Origin: Neodothiora populina
Taxonomy: Eukaryota
Assembly: GCF_041146345.1 (NCBI RefSeq)
Contig: NW_027191402.1
Coordinates: forward strand, 186,001 to 250,000
Direction of reading: 5' to 3'
DNA length: 64,000 nt
This document shows, in pieces, positions 39,330-53,110 of the stretch. The first letter of the stretch is position 1; the number at the start of each line of letters is the position of its first letter. A model generated the notes under the pieces. It saw only the letters and a list, made by a program, of their open reading frames with translations, did no database searches and had not been told where the DNA came from. The translations under genes were made by a program, and so were the position numbers.

Positions 39330-40512
39330 CTACTGTCCGTGACCCTCATAACTCTTCTTCCAAACCTCGTCGAAGACCGTCTTGTCGACGGCAAACTCGC
39401 GCACAAAGTCCCTCTCCATCTCATGCATCCTCTTGCCCACAAGCACAAGACTGTGCAGCGGCCTGCCCATATCAACCTCCGCCAGCTGCGTCAACGTGCC
39501 TGCGACAATACTCATATCCGCAGCACCAGCCCTCGCAACGCCCACAGCAAGAACGTCATCAGCATGAAAAACACCGGCCTTCTTCTCCTCTTCCGTCTCG
39601 ATCATCTGCGCCGCACACTGCGCAACGGTCATGAACCTCGGCGGCTCGTAGATAATCCTTCCGCGCGCCATAGCCTGCAGGTCCGGCTCCTTGACTTTGA
39701 TATCCAGCAGCACGAGCGTGTGCAGTCCGAGGTTCCAGTTCTCCAGCATGCGGTCATAGTAGGACGCGGGTTTCCAGCTCTCGGTGAAGAAGACCATGGA
39801 CACGGTTTGCCCGAAGTTGTAGAGGGAGAGCCCGCACGCGCCGATGGCCGTCATTATGGAGGCGTTGGGCAGGGTTTGGATCGGGATTGAGAGGGCGCGC
39901 GCGCGCAGGATCAGGTCCGTGTGCGTTGTTGCGCTGTTGATTTACGGTTGTCAGACTCGGAGGTTTCTGAGTTTCTTTCGTCTCTTTTTCTTGTCCCGAT
40001 CTTGTGATGCTCTTCTTCGAGTCCGTCTTCTACTTCCTCCCATCTTCCAGATGCACGTCGCTTTACAACCTTGCTCCGCGGATCTTGGTATAGCAAGAAA
40101 AAAACTCACCTGAACGGGTCGCCTACGACCAAGAATGCCACGTCCACCTTGTCTGCATCGGCCAGGATCTGATCACTGGAGGACTCGACCATCTCTCGGT
40201 CGGCGAGAATCACAGACCGTCCATAGTACGCTTCCTACTGCGACGGTAACGAAATTAATTGGTCAGTCTTCCGTTATTCTTGCTTTTATTTTTTCTTCCT
40301 CTCATGTTTGTTTCGACAGATTGATTGACTGAGAGAAGAATAGGGAAGAAGATATGCGTAGAGGATGTAAGACTCACAAGTGCTTCCTTGTCTACTAATA
40401 GGATAGCGGTATACGCCTCGAGATAGACACGTTCAGCGCGCTTGACAATCTCGAGTCCCTTGACAGTGATATCTTTCTCATCGGCCAGGCCGAGTCCGAT
40501 TGCATAAAACAT
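39330..40512 (-). CDS. dph5: Diphthine methyl ester synthase
   Basis: Three exons. [77 protein letters not shown]. Confidence 0.96.
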
Positions 40513-41393
40513 GATCGGATTGTTCTCAAAACTATGGTGGAATGTTTACAGTCACAAGGTATCAATCACCAATCAGCACCGAAAGTGAATTTCTTTGCCT
40601 TATCCGTATCTTATCTGCATCTTATCGTGAGCGGCCGAGACGGAGATCCTCTAATTACCCCAGATCTCCAATTATAGAGGCTTTTCGGCGCTATCAGAGA
40701 CCTGAGATGAAGAGTTGTTAGATAGACTATATCCTTAAAGGACCGAAGAACCAGCCGTTGAAAATGGTGAGTTTTCCATTGTCCTCGTTGTTTTCATACG
40801 GATTGAAAGCGAAAGAAATTGAATGCTGACTGCGAGTATTCGACAGATCTGAGCCATGTCGAGTCTTGCTTTGCTACCATTTTACCCCCACTAACAATCG
40901 TCATTTGGATATTACCTAGTACCCCATCTTAAGGTCCCTTCCATCTGTCTTGTGCTCCTCCATCTTGCTTAGTACGGTATTTGTTTTAGGCATTGGTTCT
41001 AGATATTCGTACAGGTGCACAGGCGCATTCCCCGTTCGAAGCAATGAACGCATTTGATAGCAAGAAGAAAGTATAAATCACCAGAACAGAGCAAGCAAAA
41101 ACTCCAAACAAGTAAAACAAAAGAGGATAGGCAGTTCCGAGGAGAAAACTTCTCAAAAAGCCATCATATTAATAAAGTAATGATAATCATAACACGTGAG
41201 ATAAAGCCCATTTACACAGAATGGAGGGGGAAAGGGGGAAAAGGGGCGCCACCATCACCTCCGCCTCTTCGTTCATCCGGGATATCCAAAGAAACATCAA
41301 GCTCCTTCTCTTTCTTCGGAAGAGAATTGCCAGACCATATCTCTCTCTCCTCGACACTTCCGCCTGCTCGGCAGTCGCGAAGGAAGTCTCCGT

Positions 41394-41846
41394 CTAGAAC
41401 AGAATATCCAAACAGCAACAACACGCCAACGCGCCCATAATACCAGCGCAGACACCACTACCATCACTGCCTCTCGGAGGCGGCTGCTGGACATAATACG
41501 TCTGCTGAGGCTGCGCGTACATCGGCTGGCCCTGCTGTTGATAGTACCCTTGTTGTGGCGGCGGCTGGTACGGGCCTCCCTGTTGGTAAGGCGAGGCGCC
41601 GTAGGGACCCGGTGGTGCCGGAGAGCCGTAGTACTGCGGCATGCCGCGCGGGTCTGCTTGGTGCTGCTCGTTGGGGTTGTTGTAGTAGGAAGCGTTTCCG
41701 CCGGGCTCGCCGTAGTGCGCGGCTGGGGGCGCGGAGGGCTGGGAGTTGTTGTAGGATGGGGGTGGCCCCGGAGGTGCGTCCTGGGAGCACACATTAGTCT
41801 TCGGAGGAGAGTGCAGAGAGTCGTGACTTACATATTTGTTTGACAT
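41394..41846 (-). CDS. CYSTM-domain (cysteine-rich TM module) small protein
   Basis: Pro/Gln/Gly/Tyr-rich body ending CAGIMGALACCCCLDILF. Probable 51-nt intron 41831-41781 (GTAAGT...ACTAAT...CCAG). Confidence 0.88.
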   Translation of the reverse strand: MSNKYVSHDSLHSPPKTNVCSQDAPPGPPPSYNNSQPSAPPAAHYGEPGGNASYYNNPNEQHQADPRGMPQYYGSPAPPGPYGASPYQQGGPYQPPPQQGYYQQQGQPMYAQPQQTYYVQQPPPRGSDGSGVCAGIMGALACCCCLDILF

Positions 41847-42097
41847 TTTGAGCTGTGTGTATGTGGTTGCAGATGCGAAACCTCAAGTTGTTGCGCTTTA
41901 CTGACTCGAAGACTCGACTCGATTCGGACGAGTCAATGGTGGAATATAGCGCGGAGAGTCCAAAAAATCGATTGTACGTAGATATATGTCGAATATATGG
42001 ACAGAAAAGGAAAGTCGCGCTGTGAGACGCACAGAATGCGTATATTAATGGATCGATGTGAGAAAAGCGACGACGACGTTTCAATAAGATTCGGGCG

Positions 42098-42121
42098 CAG
42101 CAGCAGCAGCAGCAGCAGCAG
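42098..42121. repeat. (CAG)8 microsatellite upstream of the CYSTM gene
   Basis: Eight perfect CAG units. Confidence 0.95.
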
Positions 42122-43313
42122 TAGGCAGCGGTTTAAGGGCAACAAGTAATGCGAAAAGAGGTGTCGAATCCTCCGTAGCAGCAGATTGTACCAAGAGATT
42201 TCCAAGACAAGAAGCCAAACCCTCCCAAGCTTGCCCTCTGAGCTGCCTACCTTATGTATGTATACGAATTGCGTGCGCAATGGAATGGGCCGGCAAACGC
42301 GGCGACGACGGCGTCAAACGGCGAAGGAAAAAGGCAAAAAGGCAAAAAGCCAAGAGTCGAGAGAACATGAGAGACGTGAGGCAGTGCCGCCGCGCAAGAC
42401 TTTGTCTTGTGCTATTTCATATTGCACCAAAGAGCGTCATGTGATGATGTTCTTCGACGGAGGTTAAATAAACACGGCAAAGAAAGCAAGAAAGATCGAG
42501 GCCGCAGAGAAGTAGCTAGAAAACCACCGCGTGATTCATTCATACCTTCTGCTTGTATACTCTCAATTTACCGAGTCCACGAAGGCAGTTTTGTCGCCTT
42601 GATATAATTCACTTACTTACACGTAAAAGTACCACTTGTTTCTCCTCCTGTGTTCAGTGGGTCGACTTATGGATTGCATCATTCCGCTTGACCCCGCTCT
42701 TCGACGGGATCGCACCGCCGACAGAAGACCCTGCTCTCTGCTTTGCGCTTGCTGGTCGCAATCAGTACCCAGGTATCTCCGCGCATCGTGAAACCAATTT
42801 CCCGGTATGCGACGGACTTGTCTGTGACATCTAAGAAAAGCATAAGAGATTTCACATCGCCATACTCCGATATTGGTTGTTCTATTGTCGAGTCGCGATA
42901 TCCGTCTGTTTACTTGGTTGCTTACATGTTCCAACGATGCTTCATGCCGCGAGTCGCTGCTGTGTGGCCGCCTAATTCACCACAGTGGTTAAGGTTCAAA
43001 AAATTATCATCTGCCCTGCCCTGCATCATGCTTAGAAAGTTTCACAAGCCGAACGGCGTAGCGTGCCATCGAGTCGATCCGCAAGGATGTTCAATGAATC
43101 ATGGGCACTTCTGCGACCCAGTAATGCTCCACCTGAGAAACTGTACTGCAGCGGTACACTAAACACGTTGGCTTCGAGCAATGACATCAAACGGTTTTGC
43201 ATGAGTGCATCAGAAACACCAGTAGCACGGAGCTATACCATTATGCAATTATGTGACCATGTCTATTGTCTAGAAGCAACCCATGAACTTTTAGAGCCAG
43301 TCTCTGCCACTTT

Positions 43314-45313
43314 TTACGGAGATCCTTCGTCTGCGTTGATCAAGGGGATCGTTCGTTCCAGATATCCGCGCCACTCGGGAGCAGGACGCTTACGACCCTT
43401 GCTGTGCTGCAAGTCCTCAATCGCAGAAGCGTACCTGACAAGCTTCTCCTCGCCAAACGCTGTTTGCATTAGCGCAAGGCCATAGGGCATGCCACTCGCT
43501 GAGTGGACACCAGCGGGGACGGTGATCTGAACACTGTTAGTACTCTTTCAGATCTAAAACACACGAGTTTCAACTTACCATGGGATAACCGGCCTGAGCG
43601 GCGATCTGGGTGGTTTGAGCAACATCTGGGGGCACAAGGAGACCATCGAGTTGGGTTCCGTTGTGGCCCTGTGCAAGCGCGTAATCGATTCCCTCCTCGC
43701 GTGTGGTGCGTTGACAGAACTCTAGGGCTTGGAAGTATGTCTCGTTCTGGATGCCCTTGGATTCGAGCGAGGCAAGCAGACCATCTTGACCAGAGTAGAA
43801 GGCAGGGATGCCGAGTGGCCACTCGTAGCCACCCTCAGTACCGTCGTTTGCTTCGTTGTACGCAACAATGTCCTCGACTGTGCGAATCTGGGTGTTTTGA
43901 AGCTCGGATGCATATTTCTTGAAGTTGTTGTAGAAATCAACCTTGATGTAGCTGTACTCGCTCTCATTGGGGAAACCACGAGTAGTACCGTAATCCCAGT
44001 TCCATCCGTCGGGAGAGACGATGGTGTCGTAATGGAGCAATTCCGTGTTGTTAACAATGGTGGCACCAGCGGCCTTGAGGTCCTCGATGATACTCAGAAG
44101 CTGTCGCTGTTGCTCGCCGTCCGCATAGACCCAGAAGCTGTCCCAGGGAATACCGAATGAGGCGTTGGCGAGGGCTGACTTGTCCGTGATGAATTGTGCG
44201 TATCCCTTTGCCGGCGTCTTTCCTGCTTGAGCAGAAGTGTAGTTGTCACGAGCGTCGATTCCATAGATTGCATCGAGCGCATAAGTAGCGTCACGTACAG
44301 TCTTGCCAAAGGTACCAATAGTATCTTGATGCTCGGACTCGGGAATGACACCATCACGGGAGGTCAAGCCGACAGTGGGCTTGAAGCCGACAATGCCATT
44401 TCGTTCGGCTGGGTTGATGACGCTGCCATCAGTCTCAGTGCCCAGTGCGAATGTGAACACATTGTTTGACACTCCGATAGCGCTGCCGGAGGATGATCCG
44501 CCGCAGTTGACAGTGAAGTTGTAGGAACTTCTAGCTTGACCACCACGGCCTGAGTAGCCCTCGGAGTAGTTGTTGGATCGCATATCCGCCCACTCGGAGA
44601 GTGTAGCTTTACCGAAAAGAAGAGCACCAGCATCTCTCAACTTGGATACAACAAAGGCATCACGGGGAACGACAGATCCTTGAAGAGCCCATGATCCGGA
44701 GGTAGTCTGCATTTTATCCTTCGAGGCGATGTTGTCCTTGACCATGTATGGAATGCCATGGAGAGGAGATCGGACCTTTCCTGCAGCGCGCTCCTTGTCA
44801 AGCGATGCTGCAATCTTAAGGAAATCTGGGTTGATCTCTAGCACCGAGCTATATCGCGATTAGCCACGCACGTCAACCAGATGGGATGCCTCAAAGAACA
44901 AGCCAACATACTTGATGTAGTCATCGGTCTGGTAAATTCTCTGTAAGTAGCATACTGCGAGGTCAACAGCTGTGAGTTTGCCGTCCTTCATCCATGCCTG
45001 CAGCTGATCAATTGTTGCGTCTTCGATGATTAGACCCTGGCACTTCTGCATGCGGAACAAGTCGGCTGAGGAGGCATTTTCACGTGGAAAGTAATACGGG
45101 TAGGGAGAGTCGAGAATTTGCTATGGGTCAGAGTAAGTCAATGGACGAATCCTAGAACATCAGCAGTACACGTGAACTTACAGACGAAGCATTGTGCGCT
45201 ACTCCAGCTCCGGAATTAGAACCTGCCTGAGTCGACGACGAGGTGGGGTCAGGCAGAGCGACTGCAAGCCCGAGGGTGCACGATATCGTGTAACAGATGC
45301 GACGGATCTGCAT
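43314..45313 (-). CDS. Secreted amidase-signature family protein
   Basis: Four exons. N-terminal signal-like segment (ICYTISCTLGLAVA). PLHGIPYMVKDN (catalytic Lys), GGSSSGS, LGTETDGSV (nucleophile Ser), IVGFKPTVG. Last exon TVPAG...EEKLVRYASAIEDL...GSP*. Confidence 0.92.
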
Positions 45314-46053
45314 TGCAATGTCTTCCGAAACTGTGTCAGTCTGGGTATACAAAGCGAGAAGATGGGTTCTCGGTTGTTATATACCTCTAGTCGCAATTCA
45401 CGGGCCGAACATACTTTGACGAGCAGAACGCCGCAGCAGGGCCAGGCACAGGTTCATCTTCGGCGGCTCAGCACTCCGATTGATTTGATGATCTACACTT
45501 ATCATCGATGGAGGGACCGGGTATGTGGCGTGGTCTTGCACTTGTCGCTTTGTGGAATACCATGCGAAATAAGAAATCTAGCCAAAACTTGGCTAAACAA
45601 AGTCTATTCCCCCCTACCTCACCTTCTATAAATCTGCTCGGTAGGTGGACTCGAAGTGACCCACCCTAGGCGCAACGTAGATCGTTGCATCGAGGTCTGA
45701 GCACATGTTAGCACGCTTACACCTTCCGGCTTCTTTGCGTTAGAGCCGGACTCTACACCTATCTGACTAGAATGGTCAAATCATTCCCACGGGACGTTTA
45801 CTTTGGGGCCGTCTAAGTGGCGCACATCATCGACAAGTAATGCTTCGGCCTCAAGCGCATGTGCAACGGTGGGTCTCAAAGATGAGAGTAATAAGCTTGT
45901 CTGGCTTCCATGTCTACTTTTCCTCGCCCTAATTTTTGTTTTAATCTTGCTATTCTGCTGCTCCATGACACGCTGATCTTGTTCCATGACACTGGTAGAA
46001 TCATAGCGACGGACCGTCGATCCTAGGCCTGTCTGCCAACACCCTCGACTGCC

Positions 46054-47313
46054 ATGATCGACGCTGATGTAGCAGCCGCCATCGCCAGTGGCAATGTTGA
46101 CCCTGGGATAACTGCAGAATATCTGAACGAAAGTCGAGATGAACCAGCCATCATCGCAATCATTGTCATCACTATTATAGTCAGCATTGTATTGCTTCTG
46201 CGATGCTTTTCGAGGGTCTTTATTGTCAAGAGTTTTGGAATAGATGACTGGCTTGCCTTGATTTCTTATACATGCTTCATTGCGTTCGTCGCTCTTTGCT
46301 TCATCTTGATCGGAGAAGGCTCCGGTCGACACATTGAATATATTCAATATGTCCTCACGCAGTCGCAAACGAATCAGACAGAGGTCAACGACTATGCGGC
46401 GCATTTGATATACACAGCAGCACTTTTCCTTTGTCGCCTGTCTGGACTGGCTTTCTTTTATCGACTCTGCGCTCGTCATCAGCAATTCCTCTTGGCTGTA
46501 CGGGTGGCAGCAGTCTTTCTTTTCTGCGCATTCTTGCCGCAATTCTTCTTGATTCTCGCACACTGCAGACCGGTCACAGGTCTGTGGCCATATGCATGGC
46601 AACCGAATATTGATCGATATACATGCGTCACCTGGGTAAGTACTGTGCTTCTTGCCGAAACAGTTTAATAAAACTAACCAAGGTCGCAGGGCACCGTCTA
46701 CGTGACCAATTCAGGATTGTCTCTGGTGTGCGATTTGATCATCTTTACGATTCCTGCCGCAATGATATGGCTCTTGAAGTTGTCTCGCGGTCGCAAGATC
46801 ATGCTGGCCATGCTGTTGATGCCAGGTGTTATGGTGATTGGCATAAGCATCGCTCGACTGTACCTTTGCGTCGTAGGCCAGTGGGCATCGGATGGCTCAT
46901 GGTACTACGACCCACAGCTTGTTATCGAGGTCTCGGAGGTTGGAGGCACCCTCATGGCTCTATCGATACCGAGTCTGAAGCCATTGTTTGCTGTGTGGTA
47001 CAACACGATGAGAAGCACAGCGAATTCGACGTTTCGACACACGGAACCCGCCGACGTGGAAGAACTTGCTTTACAGCATTCGAGGTCCGATGCAGGACTG
47101 GTCCATCCGAAAGCACATTGGCCGTCGGACCATTACTTCAATCGGGCTAATGTCAAGACTTCAGTCAGAGCAGAAAGCTCAATTGTCAAAGATTCGTCTC
47201 GCGGATCATATGATGATGACATTAACCTGAGGGACATAATGGTGCACATGGAGGTGGACCAACATTCTATAGCTTCGATCAGTCCTATGGAAAGAGCTGC
47301 GATGAAGTCTTGA
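46054..47313 (+). CDS. PTH11-like / fungal rhodopsin-domain integral membrane protein (no CFEM domain)
   Basis: Intron 46636-46689. Seven hydrophobic segments; LRCFSRVFIVKSFGIDDW, RLSGLAFFYRL, HCRPV...W, DLIIFTIP, SIPSLKPLF. Confidence 0.88.
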
Positions 47314-48348
47314 GACATAGATTTAGCCGCTACATAACTTTTCTTTTCGTTACTTCGTCCTTTCCACAGTGGTGCATGTCAATGTACTCGGGCATTCTTG
47401 CGGGCAAATGGAGCGGCTCTTGCTGGTCGCTTGCATTGACGCTTCAGAATTGTCTGTTCGCCGCCGCACGTACATATACACGTGGTTGAGTGAGCAGGTC
47501 CCACTTGCTAAGGTATGTAAGTGAGCCTCGTATATGCTTGGCGAGATTCATTAAAGTGACTTTGAACAGTAAATATGCCACAAGTGTGCTATACCTCATA
47601 TGGCTTTCGTCGGCCCGCTAACGATTGCCGGAGAATTATTGCAATTAAGGTCGCCGTATGTCGCTCGTGCGCTTTTGGCGCATTGTCCTTCCTAAACATG
47701 TGAGACAGAACAATAGGAGATAGAAGATAACATTTTACTGCTATAATGATACGTGAACTCGTCTCAAGTTCATTTGCACAACAAGATGCAAGCTGTAGAC
47801 GCAGCCATGCGGCTATGGAACAGCAACCCGGGTGTTCGATTTTAGCGCACATCTTCCAAACCCTGACACAATGTCCCGCCATTTCCCAGCCTCCCACACG
47901 GGATGAGAGCAGACAGTGCACAAACAAAGGTATCCGGGCCTGCCAGTAATCAACCTTTCTCTCTACTGCTTGTTACTCCGCATAATAGTCGCCATACGAC
48001 ATTCCAGCGACATTGGACATCACATTCGCTTTTTGTACTATCATAGCTTCCTCGACCACAAGGTTATTGTCGCCGACGAACTATAGTTCGTCTGTTTATT
48101 GGTACTGCCAAGTTTCGGCAAGCCCTCACTATCCCCGGACCAACGAGCCACTGAATCCGCGTATCATCAAACCCCGCCGAACGCAACAAGCAAGCAGACA
48201 GGCAGACAGATAGTAATCACTACATTCATCTTACCTTGGATATAGACGCACACGTCAACTTTCGCTTTGCGCAAGCCTAGATATTCGCTGCGACCGAGAC
48301 GTTCTGGTCTTATTGTTTTGTCACAACTACATACCGAAAAACGGCACC

Positions 48349-48960
48349 ATGCCTGCCATGCATGCCTTGGGCGAGGCGACAGAGTCGAGCTCGATCCAAG
48401 TGTCGCACATGATCAACGGCGTCCGCTCACTCACAACGCGCCTGTTAAGCCGGTCCTCTCTACCCGCCACAACATCGCACGGAGCTTCCTCGTTGCACGC
48501 AAGACAGCAAGGCACCGTCGCCATTCCCACAGTGTACTATGGTCTAGACAGCGGACCGTCACCCGGCACAGTAGTCGGCGCGACTCTCGGCGCAGTCGCA
48601 GGATTTCTCGTCCTGGTATGGCTTTTCTCCACACTCAACGGCCGGCGCAACGCAACGGTGGTGGATGAGGAAATCGTGCGCGAAAGGTCGCCCCGAAGGC
48701 GACGCTCGAGGAGATCGGAAATGCGATCCGTCAGTCGCGGTTCACGGCCAGAAAGAGTGATACGACAGGAGCGAATCGTCAGAGACTCAAGTAGAGCCCC
48801 ACCGTCTATGCCCAGGAGCACTTTCATCGTGGACGAAAGGACAGTGCCAGGTGAACGGAGGGTCCCGGGCGATGATGTCGTCGAGGTGATGGAGGAGGAG
48901 GGTTCGAGCGTGGGGCCTCCGCGAAGACCCAGTCGCAGAGGAGGGAGTGGCTATAGATAA
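48349..48960 (+). CDS. Single-pass membrane protein with Arg/Ser-rich cytoplasmic tail
   Basis: PGTVVGATLGAVAGFLVLVWLF TM helix followed by RERSPRRRRSRRSEMRS and DDVVEVMEE. Start codon uncertain (48349, 48358 or 48409). Confidence 0.7.
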   Translation: MPAMHALGEATESSSIQVSHMINGVRSLTTRLLSRSSLPATTSHGASSLHARQQGTVAIPTVYYGLDSGPSPGTVVGATLGAVAGFLVLVWLFSTLNGRRNATVVDEEIVRERSPRRRRSRRSEMRSVSRGSRPERVIRQERIVRDSSRAPPSMPRSTFIVDERTVPGERRVPGDDVVEVMEEEGSSVGPPRRPSRRGGSGYR

Positions 48961-49882
48961 GGGCGCTCTCTTGATCTTTGTTTACTAAGCTGGCACGGAG
49001 TTGAGGCAGGATGAAGAGGTGTCCCCCTGGCCGAACGAGTCATGGTAGTTTATGGGGACAGTGGACCGAGGAGGACATTGACATTGGTCTTGCTACTTCG
49101 GCTCTCTACTGGGCTCTCTACTGGGAAGGTTTCGAAAGAATATGCACCATGAAGCGACGAGACCATGGGCCAAACAAGGGATGCTGAGGAATGGAGGGAA
49201 AGGGATTGGCGGCGGCGATATACGATTACGGCGACCCGGACAGGCAGGATGCAGGACGTGTACATATACCCACACATAATGCAGAGCAAGTGTTTTCATG
49301 TCAGGCACGCGTGCACGACTCGTGTATCGAGGGAATTGCTGCCTTTGCGTGGCGATTAGGGATACATATAGAATGACGATTTGTGAAGATGTCTTCCCCG
49401 AGCAATACTGGTGCCTACCTGCACTGCCTGCTGGATTATTATGTGGGTTCGCTTTGATGCTACCTTAGCCTGGAACACAGGTTGACAGCATGTGACAAAA
49501 CAGAGCAGCCAAGAATGACGTCGCCGATCCTCCGCATTTCCATTTCCATTTCCGTTTCCAGGGACCAGCTGGAGCAGCAGCGATGGGGACCCAAACCCGA
49601 ATGACTGGGAAGGAGCGAAGTGTGAAGTGTCAAGCGTGACCCGCGCTCTTCCATTCTTCTATGCCTTACAATATACAAACCGTACCTGCACATCACCTAC
49701 CTTGTACCTGCTCTGGACCTGTCACGATCCCCAAAAGGCATCAGGGTCAATCAGACTATCTCTGCTCGAAGACACCACCATCTGTCCCTTGCTGTGATCG
49801 ACCACTAAGCCGAAGCAAGGAACAAGTTGTTTGCCACGAGTCCCCTGAAACACAGCATAGTAGTGTAGTTGGAAACCATCCC

Positions 49883-52457
49883 ATGTTCAATCGCAACAAC
49901 ATTCCCTCAATACCGAATCCATTCGGAGGAGGTCACGGTGGCCATTCGACGCCCCCCCGAGCTACGCCCAGCCATAGAGAACACGACTCGAGATTCGCCT
50001 CGCCCGGAGCCAGAGCCACGCCGCCGCCCACCTATAACGACTCGCACAGCAAACACGGAGCCATGCAGCACAGCGCAGGGAGAGGGAAGCAGCTGAGGCC
50101 TGCTCAGTTGAGGGATCTGAGCTTCGTCTTTGGCAACGTGTGAGTTTTGCCCCCGTTTGATGGATTGCGGCATAAAACAGTCGTTATAGCTGACACTCAC
50201 AAAACAGCTGTGCCGTCTCGCCACAAGACTTCCCCGCCGACAGGGACGGACGCGATCTCTACCTCATCCTGAATGGCAACTTTGTTGTTTCTGCGCGCTT
50301 GCTTCAGGGCTGGCCCGCTGGTCAGATCAGTCTTTCGGATCCCATGCGAACATGGATGCAGGTCGCCTTGACCGACGTTGTCGATGCACACGTCTACGAT
50401 CCCTTCTCACAAGGTGCGTCGACCTATCTCGGCAGCATGGACGTCGAGGTCGGATTCGCCGGCAAGAAGTCCACCGACAAGCCATATGATCAGGACGAGC
50501 TGGCTGGCGCCTTCATCAATAACTTCAAGAACCAGATCTTCGCTCCTGGACAGCAGATCCTCATGGACTATCAAAGCATTCCCCTGCGCATGATTGTCAA
50601 GACCATTGAGCTCGTCGATCTCCACACCATGAAGCCTGGCTCGGCCCAGGGGTCCATCAGTGACCCTCGTGCCCGTGGTATCCTGATTCCCGACACCGCC
50701 ATCAACTACTACAAGGACGTCAAGACGGGCATCAACATCAAGGGCTCGACCAGACGACCTGCTGCAAACTCGGTGGTACGACCAGACTTCAAGTTCGAGG
50801 ACATGGGCATCGGCGGTCTCGACGTCGAGTTCAGCGCCATCTTCAGACGTGCATTCGCATCGAGAATCTTCCCTCCTGGACTGGCCGACAAACTCGGCAT
50901 CCAGCACGTGCGCGGCATCTTGCTCTACGGTCCTCCCGGAACAGGAAAGACCCTTATTGCGAGGCAGATTGGAAAGATGCTGAACGCCAGAGAGCCCAAG
51001 GTCATCAACGGTCCTGAAGTGCTCAACAAGTATGTCGGTCAATCCGAGGAGAACATTCGAAAGCTTTTCGCCGATGCAGAGAAAGAGTACAAGGAAAAGG
51101 GTGACGAGTCGGGTCTACACATCATCATTTTCGACGAGTTGGATGCAGTCTGCAAGCAAAGAGGCTCCGGGGCCGGCGGCGGTACTGGAGTTGGTGACAG
51201 CGTCGTGAACCAGCTGCTCTCGAAACTGGATGGTGTGGACCAGCTCAACAACATCCTGCTCATCGGAATGACCAACAGAAAAGACATGATTGATGAGGCC
51301 TTGCTCAGAGCCGGTCGTCTCGAAGTGCACATGGAGATTTCCCTTCCCGACGAGGCGGGCCGTCAACAGATCCTCAAGATCCACACTACCAAGATGCGCG
51401 AGAACAATGTCATGGGCGACGATGTTGACTTGAAAGAGCTGGCACACTCGACCCGCAACTTCAGCGGTGCCGAGATCAGTGGTCTGGTCAAGAGTGCGTC
51501 GTCTTTTGCGTTCAGCAGACACATCAAGGTCGGCACAGTCGCAGCCATTGACGAGAACGTCGTCAACATGAAGGTCAAGATGCAGGATTTCCGCAACGCA
51601 TTGGCTGAAGTGCACCCGTTGTTTGGTGTATCGGAAGAAGAGCTCGATCGTTGTGTCGAGGGCGGCATCATTCACTTCTCCCAGCACATCGAGACCATCC
51701 TCAACCGAGGCCGTCTGCACATCAACCAAGTCAGAGATGGCAGCACGCCTTTGCTTTCGGTGCTGCTCCACGGTCCGCGAGGAAGTGGCAAGACCGCTCT
51801 CGCCGCCAGACTCGCCCTGGACTCTGGCTTCCCTTTCATCAAGCTGGTCAGACCCGTGGACATGATTGGCATGAACGAGATTCAGAAAATTCAACACCTG
51901 CAAAAGGTCTTCACGGACGCATACAAGTCACCTATCAACGCGCTAGTCATTGATAACGTGGAGTTGCTTGTGGACTGGGTGCCCGTGGGACCTAGGTTCA
52001 GTGCGAGTGTTTTGGCGGCGCTGAAGAGTCTGATGGAGAACAAGCCTCCAAAGGTATCTCTTTTTCCCCTCTTGTCTTCCTCTCCTTCATGTAGACGTGA
52101 ACAAGAATGCTAACCAAAAACCCACAGGGCCGACCCCTTCTGATCTTCGCGACAACATCATCACGAACCGTGCTGCAACAACTCCAACTAGACTTTGGCT
52201 CGCAGATACCTGTGCCCAACGTCGCCACCCCGGCCGAACTCGCCGTCATCATGAAAGAGAGCAAGGTTTTCAACGACACGGACGTGGCACGCGCAATCAG
52301 CGAAATCAAAGACACGACGGGCAGCGAGACGATCAACGTCGGCGTCAGCAGTATCCTGACAGCTATCCAGACGGCCAAGCAGGATCAGGATGTCACGGGC
52401 AGGTTCGCCGAGATTGTCAGTGAGATGTGTGCGGATAATTCCGCCATGGCTTATTAG
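49883..52457 (+). CDS. sec18: Vesicle-fusing AAA ATPase Sec18/NSF
   Basis: Introns 50140-50207 and 52054-52127. MGIGGLDVEFSAIFRRAFASR, GPPGTGKT, IIFDELDA, LLRAGRLEV, second Walker A GPRGSGKT. Confidence 0.97.
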
Positions 52458-53110
52458 AGGAAGACACACGAAAGGGCAGGTGTGTTTTTTTCTTTTGGTT
52501 AAAGATAAAGAAGACAAGAGAAATAAATGAGACTTTCTATTTCCCATCAACAATCCATCATGCATGTCGTCTCTTTGAACTACTAGATAATCAACCGGTG
52601 ATTGAGATATGGCTTACAGAAACCAGACATGTTTTCAAATCTGTATCTGTATAACATGATGGTAGGATCCAAGTCATGAGACATCAACCGACCGAGCGAC
52701 CCTGTCCAATCAACCTCTCTCACCTCTCCTTCTCACCTCCCTTTCGGCAAACGACTCAGTACATCAACCAAATCAGATCAAATCGAATCGAATCAAAACA
52801 AACACAAGACACGAACCACGTCAGTCGAATCAGAACGAAGATCAAGTCAGCGCCGTGTATACACGTACATATACGAATATATATACCATCGAGCTCGAGA
52901 AAGAAGAAAGCAAAGAGACCCACATCCACATCCCTGCAGCTGCCGCAGACCGGAATGACAGGCCTCTGCACCTCTACACTTTTCTTTCAGTCTTCTTTCT
53001 GTGGAGACTCAACGTTATATGAGACTCAAGGTAGGCATAAAGCCACGGGAGATGAAGAGGCAAGAAGAAGACGATATGGATGTGCGCAGAAGAAGAAGAA
53101 GAAGATCCAA

